A stretch of 64,000 nucleotides of DNA from Eledone cirrhosa. Taxonomy: Eukaryota. The notes under the pieces were generated by a model. That model searched no databases. It was given only the letters and a program-made list of their open reading frames with translations, and was not told where the DNA came from. Below are positions 50,662-62,813 of the stretch, one piece after another. The position numbers were made by a program, and so were the translations under genes. The stretch covers positions 392,832,001 to 392,896,000 of the forward strand of contig OZ024741.1 of assembly GCA_964016885.1 (NCBI GenBank). Reading direction: 5' to 3'. Positions within the stretch are counted from its first letter, which is position 1. Each line of letters begins with the position of its first letter.

Positions 50662-53600
50662 ATGACCTCACTCAGAATAGGCAGCATAAATGCGCGTGGC
50701 TTGGGGTCGTCATGGAAGCAGGGCCACCTGCTCAACGACCTCAGGTCACTAAACATAGATGTAGTGGCCATCAGCGAGACCAGAATCTCCGAAGCACGGG
50801 CTTTCGCACCGATCTTCGGCGGCTACGATGTGTACGCATCTCCCAGCCGTCCGGGATCGGGGGGAGGAGTTGCTGTGCTTTTTCGGAGAGGTTTGGATCT
50901 TGCCATACGGGCCATCTTCCTGGACCCAGAAGGTAAGTTGGTGGTGCTGGACGTGACCAGCGGAGACGGGCAAGCTTTCAGGTTAGTGGCCGTCTATGCC
51001 CCGACAGGAGCAGGGCGGCCTGATTTCTTCCGGCGTCTGGAGACCTTTCTTGGAACACCCGCTCTTTGGTGTTAGTGGGCGACTGGAACGGGATCTTAGA
51101 TGCACGCTGGGACTGTGTGGGATTAGTGGATAGGGGTGGAGGGTGCAAGAGCCTCACCAACCTGCTCAGGCGTTTTGAACTGTCTGACAGGTACCGATTG
51201 GATTTCCCGAATGTGCCAATGTGGACTTGGACAAATCGCATAGGGTCATCCAGATCAAATCTAGATAAAGTATTTTGTAGGGAAATAGATAGGTCTAGCA
51301 TAGGCTGTCCACAATTCAAGATAGTCAGCTACACGGACCACAAATTCGTGATCTGTGTGCTTGACTTAGATAGGCTTCATAGACGAGGACCCGGCTACTG
51401 GAAGCTAAACGCGTCCTTACCAGCGCGCAAGGCCTACAGAGACCGGATTAGCGAACTAGTTAAGCGGGCGTTGACGGGGGCCATCGTCAACAACAAGTGG
51501 TGGTTTGCTCTGAAAAGAGCAATTAGAATAGAGTCCATTAGGTTTAGTAAGACTTTAGCAATAGAGAAAAATAGAGCAGAGGGAGAATTAGTTAGAAAAT
51601 TAGATGAGGCGCTTAGCAAAGGCATCGCGACCGACGTACTTGCGGCGAAATTGGCCCTTGACCAATTCTTCAATGCAAAGCACGAAGGCTGCGTTGTCAG
51701 AGCTAGGGTGCGTGCTCTCAGACACGAGGGGACGAAAGCCGTTCAATGGGCCCGAGTGGCGGAGGCGCGTCGTGGCAACAAAGCCACGATCCGGTCTTTG
51801 GTGGACCACGACGGGCGCATGCTACTCGATCCCGGGCAAATGTGTGAAGCTTTTCAGCGACACTTCGCTCAACTGTTCGGGGGCAGTGGCGGGCCGGATC
51901 GAGGGATGGACTTTAGTGTCTACCTCGACGGACTGCCGCGGCTTTCGGCCACTGAGGCGGAGTGTTGCGAAAGGCCGATAACAACCGCTGAAGTACGGGA
52001 TGCAATGACTAGTTGCACAAGAGGTAAATCGCCTGGTTTGGATGGTCTGCCCTATGAACTTTACGTACAAATGCCAAACTTGTTCGGAGGCCTCTTGGCG
52101 GACGTCTACTGCAACTGGCAACAGAACGGGAGAATTCCCAGCTCTGTGAGCCGAGGAGCGGTGGCGCTGCTGAGAAAGGATCCGAACAAGGGGGATAACA
52201 TAGATAATTTTAGGCCCATAACTCTGCTAAACACAGAGTTCAAGATTTTGGCCAAGGTGCTAGCAAAGAGGTTGGCGCTTGTCGTTGGTGGTCTGGTGGG
52301 AGAGGCACAGACATGCGCCATTCCCGACAGATCCATCCACGACAACCTCCACCTCATGCGATACATCGTAGAGAGGGTAGCTAGGGAACCTGGCACGGGT
52401 GGGTCTTTGATCAATTTAGATCAGTCGAAAGCCTTCGATAGGGTCGACCATCGTTACCTAACGGCAGTCCTGAGGGCGGCTGGCTTTGGGCCCGTCTTCA
52501 GAGGCTGGATCGCTGCCATGCACAGCGACATCTGCTCTGTAGTGAGAGTGAACGGTCACCTTTCGGAACCGTTCAACATCATGCGCTCGGTCCGCCAAGG
52601 ATGTCCCCTCTCGTCCCTATTGTACGTATTGACTCTCGAGCCATTACTGCACAAACTGGAGACGTTGAGGGGTTCCCGCGCGAACTAGGATGCGGAAGAT
52701 CCGTGTCAGCATATGCCGACGATGTCACCGTAGTGGTGTCGAACGCCAAACACATCGAGGCGATCGGCACTACACTAAGAGAATACGAAGCGGTGACAGG
52801 AGCAATGATCAACCAGGAAAAGTAAGTGGGCCTGCAGCTCGGCACCTGGAGAGGCAGGTCCATGCCGTCCAACAGCGTCGTCGGGCGCTGGACGGACGGA
52901 CCGGTTAAATTGCTAGGGGTCTGGTTCGGTCCAGACCTCCAGACGGACAAAAACTGGGACGAGGTGACGAGCAGGGTGGCTTCTCTCACCCAGAAATGGG
53001 CCGAGAGGAAGCTATCCCTGAAAGGTCGAGCGGAGGTGGCGAATGCGTACATCGCATCCGTCATCTACTACCGCCTGACCGTCGTACCTTGTCCTAAGCC
53101 CCGCCTGACTGCGCTGGAGCGTTTGCTCTTTCGCTTCTTGTGGAAGGGACGCGCTCCGATGGTCAGGCGGTCCATCTGCTGTCAACACCCGCTACGTGGA
53201 GGGCTGGGCATGCCGTGGCTGATGATGCGCAGACACGCGCTCAGGCTACGACATCTCCACCTCTTCCTCGACGGTGATCAGGTGTGGTCGCCGTTTGCTA
53301 GACACGTATTGCCCCAGCTCGTTTCCTTGACGGAGCTGCAGTCCTGGGTCAAGCGAAGACCGAGAGGGAGCGCTTGGAGACTGGAATGTCTTCAGGCGCT
53401 CACAGCCCTCGACCAATCGGGCAATGTGATCGGTGGAAACTCCACCTTGGCGCTCTATAGGGGATTAGTGGAGGGGAAGAGCGACGACGTACTTGGAGAA
53501 ATTCTAGGCGTCGACGAAAATCAACTAGCCAATCTCTTCGGAAGGACTTTCGGGCCGGGGCCTATAGACAACTTCCAGAAATCCCTGGCCTGGCAGTGCT

Positions 53601-54078
53601 ACCGAGGAGCTTTGCCAGTTCGGGATAAACTCTACAGGCATGGAGGTGCCGTCAGCCGGGCATGTCCGAGATGCGCGCAGGGCGACGAAACCGTCCTGCA
53701 CGCACTCGTCCAGTGTCCGAGCATTGCTGACTTGTGGGTTTATGTCGAACACCTGCTGTCACGTGTAGGACGGATCCAGCTATCAGCTGAGTCCATCGTG
53801 AGGATTGCCCCGCCCCCTTCCTTTAGCCTGGAAGGGCAGGCAGTTTTTATCTGTCTGGTGGCCATGGCGAAAGAGATAGTATGGTGGACACGTTTGAAAG
53901 GGCTGAAGACGAGCACTTACCTCTTCGGTGATGCCCTGATTAACTTTTCAAATTTCATTTGAAAAGGAAAATCAGGGTAGAGAGGGAAGTGCTCTCTTCC
54001 CAGCATTTTGTTGAAAGATGGGTGAGAGAAGCAAGTATGGCCCGAATGAATGGGCCTTCTCTGAGTATGTGTCTGTAA
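50662..54078 (+). pseudogene. Tx1 ORF2 (APE endonuclease, RT, C-terminal CCHC) with about 4 lesions
   Basis: INARGL, SET, GGVA, VYAP, GDWN, YTDH, GYWKLN, KSPGLDG, FRPITLLN, LDQSKAFDRVDH, VRQGCPLS, YADD, CPRC..DETVLHALVQC. Frameshifts at ~51060, ~52680 and ~53950, and a stop at ~52823. Confidence 0.92.
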
Positions 54079-54321
54079 ATTAAAGGTGGAAAACTGGGAG
54101 AGGGCACTTGCCCTGGTGGTCAGGGCCACTGTGGTCTTTTAATGGGCTTTCTCCACAAATGTCCCTTGGAAGTCTCCCCCCTATTGGGGAATTTTTCTTT
54201 GTTGTTTTATTTCAACCTCTGTTTTTTTACACGCAGAAATGCCCATTTGTACCGTCCTGTATTGTCCTGTACTGTCCTTAATGTCTACTTTATGTGAACC
54301 CTTGTGGTTAATAAAGAAAAC

Positions 54322-54360
54322 ATTATTATTATTATTATTATTATTATTGTTATTGTTATT
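54322..54360. repeat. (TTA)n/(TTG) spacer between the Tx1 tail and the Dong tail
   Basis: Directly visible. Confidence 0.97.
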
Positions 54361-57300
54361 CCTTGAATCTCAGTCATTGATGTTGGTTAACTGGAAAGTC
54401 CGTTGGATTGAATATCAAGCCACTACCTGCAGCCTCAGATATTCAGGACGTATCGGAGGGTTCTTGCTGTTCCAAGCAAGCATGCCTTTTGAAGCGTTCC
54501 AAAAAGCGTGAAGGGGCCGATTTTCTTTAACCATCCCTGGAAACCTTTGGAGATAGTCCCCAGTGCGCCTATGACAATCGGGATCACTTTGACTTCATGG
54601 CAGTTCCAAATCCTTTTCACCTCCCACTTTAGGTCCTGGTATCGGTTAATTTTCTCCCTCTCCTTCTCTTGCACTCTCGTGTCGAACGGGCAGGCCACAT
54701 CCACAATCAGGCACGATCTTTTTTCTTTGTCCACAACCACCAGGTCAGGTCTATTGTGTTCCAGTTTTTTGTCCGTCTGTATCCTAAAATCCCACAGCAC
54801 CTTCACCTGACTGTTCTCCATCACCGCCTCTGGCCTATGCTCATACCATTTCTCAGAATGTGGTAGATTGTTTACTTTGCACAGGTGCCAGTGGATCACC
54901 CTGCCCATCACATCGTGTCTCCAGCCCTTATAGTGGGTCTGGGCTAGGTGTTTACACTCGGACACAATGTGAGCCACAGTCTCCTCTCTCTCTCTCCACA
55001 GATCCTGCACAGTGGGCTAGCCTCCTCCTTGTAGATATGGTGCTTCAACCACTTCGTTTTGAGGGCCTGCTCCTGCGCAGCCATTAGCATTCCTTCTGTA
55101 GCCTTTTTGAGGTCTCCTCTTCTCAACCAGTTCCATGTCTGTGGATCTCTAAATTCAGTTTTCTCAAAGAAGGTACTATGAAGGGATTTTCCCTTAAGGC
55201 TGCTCTTCCTCCTTGATGTTATTTCCTCCTTGGACATCCCCTGGCCTATTGTCCCCTCCTTCAGTACAGTTCTGAGCATTGGCTCCTTACTATAGGTCAC
55301 GTATTTGTATAGGTTGTTTTTCTCCATCTGAACACAGTCCTCTATGCTGATAAGACCTCTTCCACCCTCAGATCTCCTTAGGTAGAGTCTATCGACATCA
55401 CTCCTCTTGTGGAACATGTTGTAGATAGTCAATAGCTTCCTAGTCTTCCTATCCATTTCTTTTTGTTCAGCAACATTCCATCTCAGAATTCCCGCACTGT
55501 ACCTAATAATAGACACAGCTCGGGAATTTACTGCGCTTATGGCATTTCTGCTGTTCAGATGTGACTTCAATACGCTCCTTACTCTCCGAATGTATTCAGT
55601 TCTTAACAATTCCTTCATTTTTTTGTTCTTTATACCATCAGCCTCCAGAACGCCCAAATACTTGTATCCTTCCTCAGAGTCAATTTCCTTTATCATCTCA
55701 CCTGTTGGTATCTGGATCCCGTTACTTCTGCTCAACCTACCCCTCCTCATCACAATGACTCCACATTTACCAATACCAAACTGCATACATATATCACTGC
55801 TGAAAATACGGACAGTGTCAACAAGCACATCCAACTCCTTCTCACTTTTCCCGAAGAGCTTAAGATCGTCCATGAAGAGGAGGTGATTGATGGTAAGCTC
55901 TCCCCTTCCCAACTTGTATCCTGCTCTCACTTTTCGCAGCATAATGGTCAAGGGCATCAGGGCAAGGACAAACAACAGAGGGGACAGGCTATCTCCCTGG
56001 AAGATACCTCTCTTGATCTTCACGCTTCCCAAGGATACTCCCGTTGATGTCAACTCTGTCTCCCAGGACCCCATACTCCTGCCCAGCAACTGTCTGATGT
56101 TATCTGCCACCCTGAAGATCTCCAGGCTTTTGGTGATCCAGGAATGAGGCACCATGTCAAATGCCTTTCTGTAGTCTATCCATCCCATGGCAAGATCAGT
56201 GTGTCTCCTCCTGCAATTCCCCATTACCATCTTATCAATAAGCAACTGGTCCTTTGTACCACGTGACTTCTTTCGGCATCCTTTCTGTTCGTCCGGTAAC
56301 AAGTTGTTTGTGTGGAGGTGATGGTAGATTTCCTCAGACACAATGCTCGTCAACAGTTTCCACATTACGGGCAGACATGTGATAGGTCTATAGTTGGTAA
56401 CATCATTACCCTTGATTCGGTCTTTCATTATCAGAACTGTGGTACATTTTGTCAACCACTCTGGCACCTCACCCGACACCAAGCAGTCATTGAACATGGC
56501 CGTCAGCTTCGGGTGGAGGGATGTTAAATGTCTAATCCAATACCCCTGCACACCATCTGGGCCTGGTGATTTCCAGTTGGTTAGTTTTTTGGCTTGCCCC
56601 TTAAGAGCTTCAACTGTGATACTCAAATCAGTCTGTTGTTGTGCCTGCTCACCGATCTCCCTCTGTACTGTCTCAATCCACCCTGCCTGGGCATTGTGTC
56701 TAACATCCTGCTCCCATATTCCTCTCCAGAATGTTTTAGCTTGTTCCGCCCCAGGGATCAAGTCGTTGCCTCTTTCTTTCCCCTCAAGCTGTCCAAACAG
56801 CATCTTCTGGTTGTTGTCGAACATGCGGTTCTGTTTATACTGACTGACTCTGTTCTCGTATCGCCTGATTTTTGCACTCTTTGCTACAATGCGTTGCTTC
56901 AATTCCTCTATGATAATATTTAGCTTTTTACTCCTAGTTTTGTATTTTATTTCCAGTCTATTTTTAGTGCCTATGTTTTTTAGTGTCCCATTCAGTAGTG
57001 ACTCAAGCTTTCCTATGTCATTTCTCATTTCCCCGATTTGCCCACTCAGTCGCTTCTTCCACCACGGCTCTGCTCTTTCTTGTCTGTTGTTTCCTCTCGC
57101 TTTTATACCAAGTAGTTTCCTCACCGTATTTGCTGTTGCTTTGAGGATATTGTTGCACTGGTGAAGGCTTCTCGCCTCAAGGTATGGGATGACTTTGTTT
57201 ACCTTAGCTGTTGTTTCTTTTAACTTTTTCCTGTCTACAAATCTTAGGTTCATAGGTCTCCCACTATCATTGTTCAATTCATCTACCACTAAATTTAGGA

Positions 57301-57835
57301 TGTCAACCGAATCTTGTCCTAGCCCGTCAGCATTCATCTCCTCAGTGGCCGTATCTCTGTTCCAGGTATTATTTATCTCAGAGTCAAGGGGTGGTGGCGG
57401 CGGCGATGGGATAGTGGTGGTAATGATGGCCGTAGTGAGCGGTGGCGGTGAAGGTGAAAATGTCGTTATCTGGCTGTTGTGTTTAGTGTACACAGATGAT
57501 GGGGTGGGTGGTGTATCTAGTTTCTGGTGTTGGTGAGTTTAGCTGTCCTATATAGTGTAGCCAGAGGAGAGGAGGGGGGGGGGGGGGGTTCTTCTTCTTC
57601 CATTTATAGCCATTTTCTTTTTTGGATATACAGTGTACAATACAAAGTTGAATATTTGAATATTTGAGCCTTATAACAATATATTTTGGGTCCGAATTTT
57701 TTGGGGCTCAAGCCGGGTGCTTTACGTAGCATTTGTACTAAGAGTTGTTATTTCACAAATGATTTAAATATGTTAAAAATTCAAAACTTACGGGAGCGAT
57801 TTCATGACCTCCGTCACCTCGTGCGTCTTCTTCCC
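54361..57835 (-). mobile_element. R4/Dong retrotransposon (family A, copy D1) with a ~1.06-kb internal deletion
   Basis: Same 5' end (GGGAAGAAGACGCACGAGG) and 3' end as 57877-62720. Deletion junction at 57380/57381. (TC) expansion frameshift at ~54985. Confidence 0.93.
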
Positions 57836-57950
57836 TTATTATTATTATTATTATTATTGTTATTGTTATTGTTATTCCTTGAATCTCAGTCATTGATGTT
57901 GGTTAACTGGAAAGTCCGTTGGATTGAATATCAAGCCACTACCTGCAGCT

Positions 57951-60900
57951 TCAGATATTCAGGACGTATCGGAGGGTTCTTGCCGTTCCAAGCAAGCATG
58001 CCTTTTGAAGCGTTCCAAAAAGCGTGAAGGGGCCGATTTTCTTTAACCATCCCTGGAAACCTTTGGAGATAGTCCCCAGTGCGCCTATGACAATCGGGAT
58101 CACTTTGACTTCATGGCAGTTCCAAATCCTTTTCACCTCCCACTTTAGGTCCTGGTATCGGTTAATTTTCTCCCTCTCCTTCTCTTGCACTCTCGTGTCG
58201 AACGGGCAGGCCACATCCACAATCAGGCACGATCTTTTTTCTTTGTCCACAACTACCAGGTCAGGTCTATTGTGTTCCAGTTTTTTGTCCGTCTGTATCC
58301 TAAAATCCCACAGCACCTTCACCTGACTGTTCTCCATCACCGCCTCTGGCCTATGCTCATACCATTTCTCAGAATGTGGTAGATTGTTTACTTTGCACAG
58401 GTGCCAGTGGATCACCCTGCCCATCACATCGTGTCTCCAGCCCTTATAGTGGGTCTGGGCTAGGTGTTTACACTCGGACACAATGTGAGCCACAGTCTCC
58501 TCTCTCTCTCCACAGATCCTGCACAGTGGGCTAGCCTCCTCCTTGTAGATATGGTGCTTCAACCACTTCGTTTTGAGGGCCTGCTCCTGCGCAGCCATTA
58601 TCATTCCTTCTGTAGCCTTTTTGAGGTCTCCTCTTCTCAACCAGTTCCATGTCTGTGGATCTCTAAATTCAGTTTTCTCAAAGAAGGTACTATGAAGGGA
58701 TTTTCCCTTAAGGCTGCTCTTCCTCCTTGATGTTATTTCCTCCTTGGGTATCCCCTGGCCTACTGTCCCCTCCTTCAGTACAGCTCTGAGCATTGGCTCC
58801 TTACTATAGGTCACGTATTTGTATAGGTTGTTTTTCTCCATCTGAACACAGTCCTCTATGCTGATAAGACCTCTTCCACCCTCAGATCTCCTTAGGTAGA
58901 GTCTATCGACATCACTCCTCTTGTGGAACATGTTGTAGATAGTCAATAGCTTCCTAGTCTTCCTATCCATTTCTTTTTGTTCAGCAACATTCCATCTCAG
59001 AATTCCCGCACTGTACCTAATAATAGACACAGCTCGGGAATTTACTGCGCTTATGGCATTTCTGCTGTTCAGATGTGACTTCAATACGCTCCTTACTCTC
59101 CGAATGTATTCAGTTCTTAACAATTCCTTCATTTTTTTGTTCTTTATGCCATCAGCCTCCAGAACGCCCAAATACTTGTATCCTTCCTCAGAGTCAATTT
59201 CCTTTATCATCTCACCTGTTGGTATCTGGATCCCGTTACTTCTGCTCAACCTACCCTCCTCATCACAATGACTCCACATTTACCAATACCAAACTGCATA
59301 CATATATCACTGCTGAAAATACGGACAGTGTCAACAAGCACATCCAACTCCTTCTCACTTTTCCCGAAGAGCTTAAGATCGTCCATGAAGAGGAGGTGAT
59401 TGATGGTAAGCTCTCCCCTTCCCAACTTGTATCCTGCTCTCACTTTTCGCAGCATAATGGTCAAGGGCATCAGGGCAAGGACAAACAACAGAGGGGACAG
59501 GCTATCTCCCTGGAAGATACCTCTCTTGATCTTCACGCTTCCCAAGGATACTCCAGTTGATGTCAACTCTGTCTCCCAGGACCCCATACTCCTGCCCAGC
59601 AACTGTCTGATGTTATCTGCCACCCTGAAGATCTCCAGGCTTTTGGTGATCCAGGAATGAGGCACCATGTCAAATGCCTTTCTGTAGTCTATCCATCCCA
59701 TGGCAAGATCAGTGTGTCTCCTCCTGCAATTCCCCATTACCATCTTATCAATAAGCAACTGGTCCTTTGTACCACGTGACTTCTTTCGGCATCCTTTCTG
59801 TTCGTCCGGCAACAAGTTGTTTGTGTGGAGATGATGGCAGATTTCCTCAGACACAATGCTCGTCAACAGTTTCCACATTACGGGCAGACATGTGATAGGT
59901 CTATAGTTGGTAACATCATTACCCTTGATTCGGTCTTTCATTATCAGAACTGTGGTACCTTTTGTCAACCACTCTGGCACCTCACCCGACACCAAGCAGT
60001 CATTGAACATGGCCGTCAGCTTCGGGTGGAGGGATGTTAAATGTTTAATCCAATACCCCTGCACACCATCTGGGCCTGGTGATTTCCAGTTGGTTAGTTT
60101 TTTGGCTTGCCCCTTAAGAGTTTCAACTGTGATACTCAAATCAGTCTGTTGCTGTGCCTGCTCACCGATCTCCCTCTGTACTGTCTCAATCCACCCTGCC
60201 TGGGCATTGTGTCTAACATCCTGCTCCCATATTCCTCTCCAGAATGTTTTAGCTTGTTCCGCCCCAGGGATCAAGTCGTTGCCTCTTTCTTTCCCCTCAA
60301 GCTGTCCAAACAGCATCTTCTGGTTGTTGTCGAACATGCGGTTCTGTTTATACTGACTGACTCTGTTCTCGTATCGCCTGATTTTGGCACTCTTTGCTAC
60401 AATGCGTTGCTTCAATTCCTCTATGATAATATTTAGCTTTTTACTCCTAGTTTTGTATTTTATTTCCAGTCTATTTTTAGTGCCTATGTTTTTTAGTGTC
60501 CCATTCAGTAGTGACTCAAGCTTTCCTATGTCATTTCTCATTTCCCCGATTTGCCCACTCAGTCGCTTCTTCCACCACGGCTCTGCTTTTTCTTGTCTGT
60601 TGTTTCCTCTCGCTTTTATACCAAGTAGTTTCCTCACCGTATTTGCTGTTGCTTTGAGGATATTGTTGCACTGGTGAAGACTCCTCGCCTCAAGGTATGG
60701 GATGACTTTGTTTACCTTAGCTGTTGTTTCTTTTAACTTTTTCCTGTCTACAAATCTTAGGTTCATAGGTCTCCCACTATCATTGTTCAACTCATCTACC
60801 ACTAAATTTAGGATGTCAACCGAATCTTGTCCTAGCCCGTCAGCATTCATCTCCTCAGTGGCCGTATCTCTGTTCCAGGTATTATTTATCTCAGTATTCA

Positions 60901-61339
60901 GATCATTGTCTGCTTCGGGTGGTTCCTCCGTTCTCAGGACCTCCTCACCTTCATTTCCCGCCGGCTCGCTTGTCTGGCATACTACACCCGCCATCTCCAA
61001 GCCATTCTCTCTGCTCAGTTCCTCCAGTTCTAGCTCGCTTATCCACCCATTAGTTCTTATTACCCGAGCCTGCCCGGCCAATTTTTGTTCATCTAATTTA
61101 AATAAACCAATCTCGTTCCAGATGTTATGCATCCGTCTCCTGTAGCCCCTCTCCTTGGGGTTACTTTTCAGGTAGCATTGCATAACAGTTCTATTCAATT
61201 CTTTCGTCCAGTTGGTTCTGGCCCCTTTCCTTCTTCTTCCTCCAACATCAGCAGTATTTGGTTGACAGTCAGGTTCCTGCTGCTGAGCCAGGGGGCACCT
61301 GTTGGGTGAGAGTCTGTCACATGACGTTCTAGTCTCCAT
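57951..61339 (-). pseudogene. R4/Dong polyprotein (~1129 aa if a 1-nt deletion at ~59255 is corrected)
   Basis: N-terminal WT.E.N..VM.CY..S.P..RGYRRRM..IW motif, RT (FMDD), CCHC and RLE (RPD..D). The sister copy D1 has the missing C. Confidence 0.9.
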
Positions 61340-61908
61340 TTCACCGTTATTCGAACTGTTTATGTTCGATATTTAAACACTCTTATCGAGGATTGGCGAA
61401 TGTATGTTTACATAGCCATCTGTGGATCCGCCATCCCACTTGGCCCTTGTGTGGCATTATCACCACGCTGTATACGGACACACATAAACAAACAAACACA
61501 CGGGCAGAAAGGGCCCCAAAAATGAATAAGCATAAGTTTCATTGTAATGTAGTATTCGAATGTCTGACTTAGTTTTTGTTTTTTAAGTTTTACTTTTTCC
61601 CCCCTCTTCTCTGTCCGTCCGCCTGCTTCTCTCTTCATTCTTATTTTCTTTACGTTTTTGGGGTTTCTTTTTTTGTTTTTGTTTTTCTCTGTTTTTCTCG
61701 TTTTTTACTGTTGTTGCTGTGCTGCTTTTGTTGTTTGTTTTTTCTTTTTTCTTTTGAGTCTATCTATATATTTTGATGCCTTCCTCTTTGTTAGTAGTAG
61801 GAATTCTATAATGTGGAAGTGGTAGCCAGCAGAGACTGGCGGCGTTGGCGATACTGAGACAGTGGTGGTGGTGATGTCGATACCGAGGCAGTGGTGGCGG
61901 TGATGCGA

Positions 61909-62554
61909 CCGTATTACTGTAGTGATGGTGCTGTAGCGGTGGCAGCAGCAGTGAAGGAGTCAAGGGGTGGTGGCGGCGGTGATGGGATAGTGGTGGTAAT
62001 GATGGCCGTAGTGAGCGGTGGCGGTGAAGGTGAAAATGCTGTTGTGTTTAGTGTACACAGATGATGGGGTGGGTGGTGTATCTAGTTTCTGGTGTTGGTG
62101 AGTTTCGCTGTCCTATATAGTGTAGCCAGAGGAGAGGAGGGGGGGGGGGGTTCTTCTTCTTCCATTTATAGCCATTTTATTTTTTTTGGGATATACAGTG
62201 TACAATACAAAGTTGAATATTTGAATATTTGAGCCGTATTACTGTAGTGATGGTGCTGTAGCGGTGGCAGCAGCAGTGAAGGAGTCAAGGGGTGGTGGCG
62301 GCGGTGATGGGATAGTGGTGGTAATGATGGCCGTAGTGAGCGGTGGCGGTGAAGGTGAAAATGCTGTTGTGTTTAGTGTACACAGATGATGGGGTGGGTG
62401 GTGTATCTAGTTTCTGGTGTTGGTGAGTTTAGCTGTCCTATATAGTGTAGCCAGAGGAGAGGAGGGGGGGGGGTTCTTCTTCTTCCATTTATAGCCATTT
62501 TTTTTTTGGATATACAGTGTACAATACAAAGTTGAATATTTGAATAATTGAGCC
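61909..62554. repeat. ~325-bp tandem duplication in the D2 5' leader
   Basis: Units start at 61909 and 62234, with CC microhomology at the junction. Confidence 0.92.
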
Positions 62555-62720
62555 TTATAACAATATATTTTGGGTCCGAATTTTTTTGGGGCTCAAGCCG
62601 GGTGCTTTACGTAGCATTTGTACTAAGAGTTGTTATTTCACAAATGATTTAAATATGTTAAAAATTCAAAACTTACGGGAGCGATTTCATGACCTCCGTC
62701 ACCTCGTGCGTCTTCTTCCC

Positions 62721-62813
<93 letters not shown>
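62721..62813. repeat. (TTA)n spacer
   Basis: Directly visible. Confidence 0.97.

Larger units (their letters stand above)
48414..54321 (+). mobile_element. Full-length (~5.9 kb) Tx1-clade non-LTR retrotransposon flanked by (ATT)n on both sides
   Basis: 5' UTR of ~210 nt, ORF1 48624-50627, ORF2 from 50662 to ~54075, 3' UTR with AATAAA (54310) followed by (ATT)n instead of poly(A). Confidence 0.93.
57877..62720 (-). mobile_element. Full-length R4/Dong retrotransposon (family A, copy D2)
   Basis: ~1.4-kb 5' leader, single ORF 61339 to 57951 with one frameshift, short 3' UTR, and (TAA)n at 57836-57876 and 62721-62813. Confidence 0.95.

Noticed and set aside
55539-61309. Numerous plus-strand ORFs of 60-160 aa
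   Set aside because: They are antisense shadows of the Dong ORFs with no independent motifs.
62660-62720. Possible HDV-like ribozyme at the Dong 5' end (known for R2 and some other non-LTR elements)
   Set aside because: I could not fit the P1-P4 pseudoknot on the element's sense strand by eye; an Infernal or RNArobo search is needed.
44757-62813. Repeat-spacer or telomere interpretation of the (TTA)n-separated array
   Set aside because: The units are kb-scale retrotransposons rather than CRISPR spacers, and no (TTAGGG)n is present.
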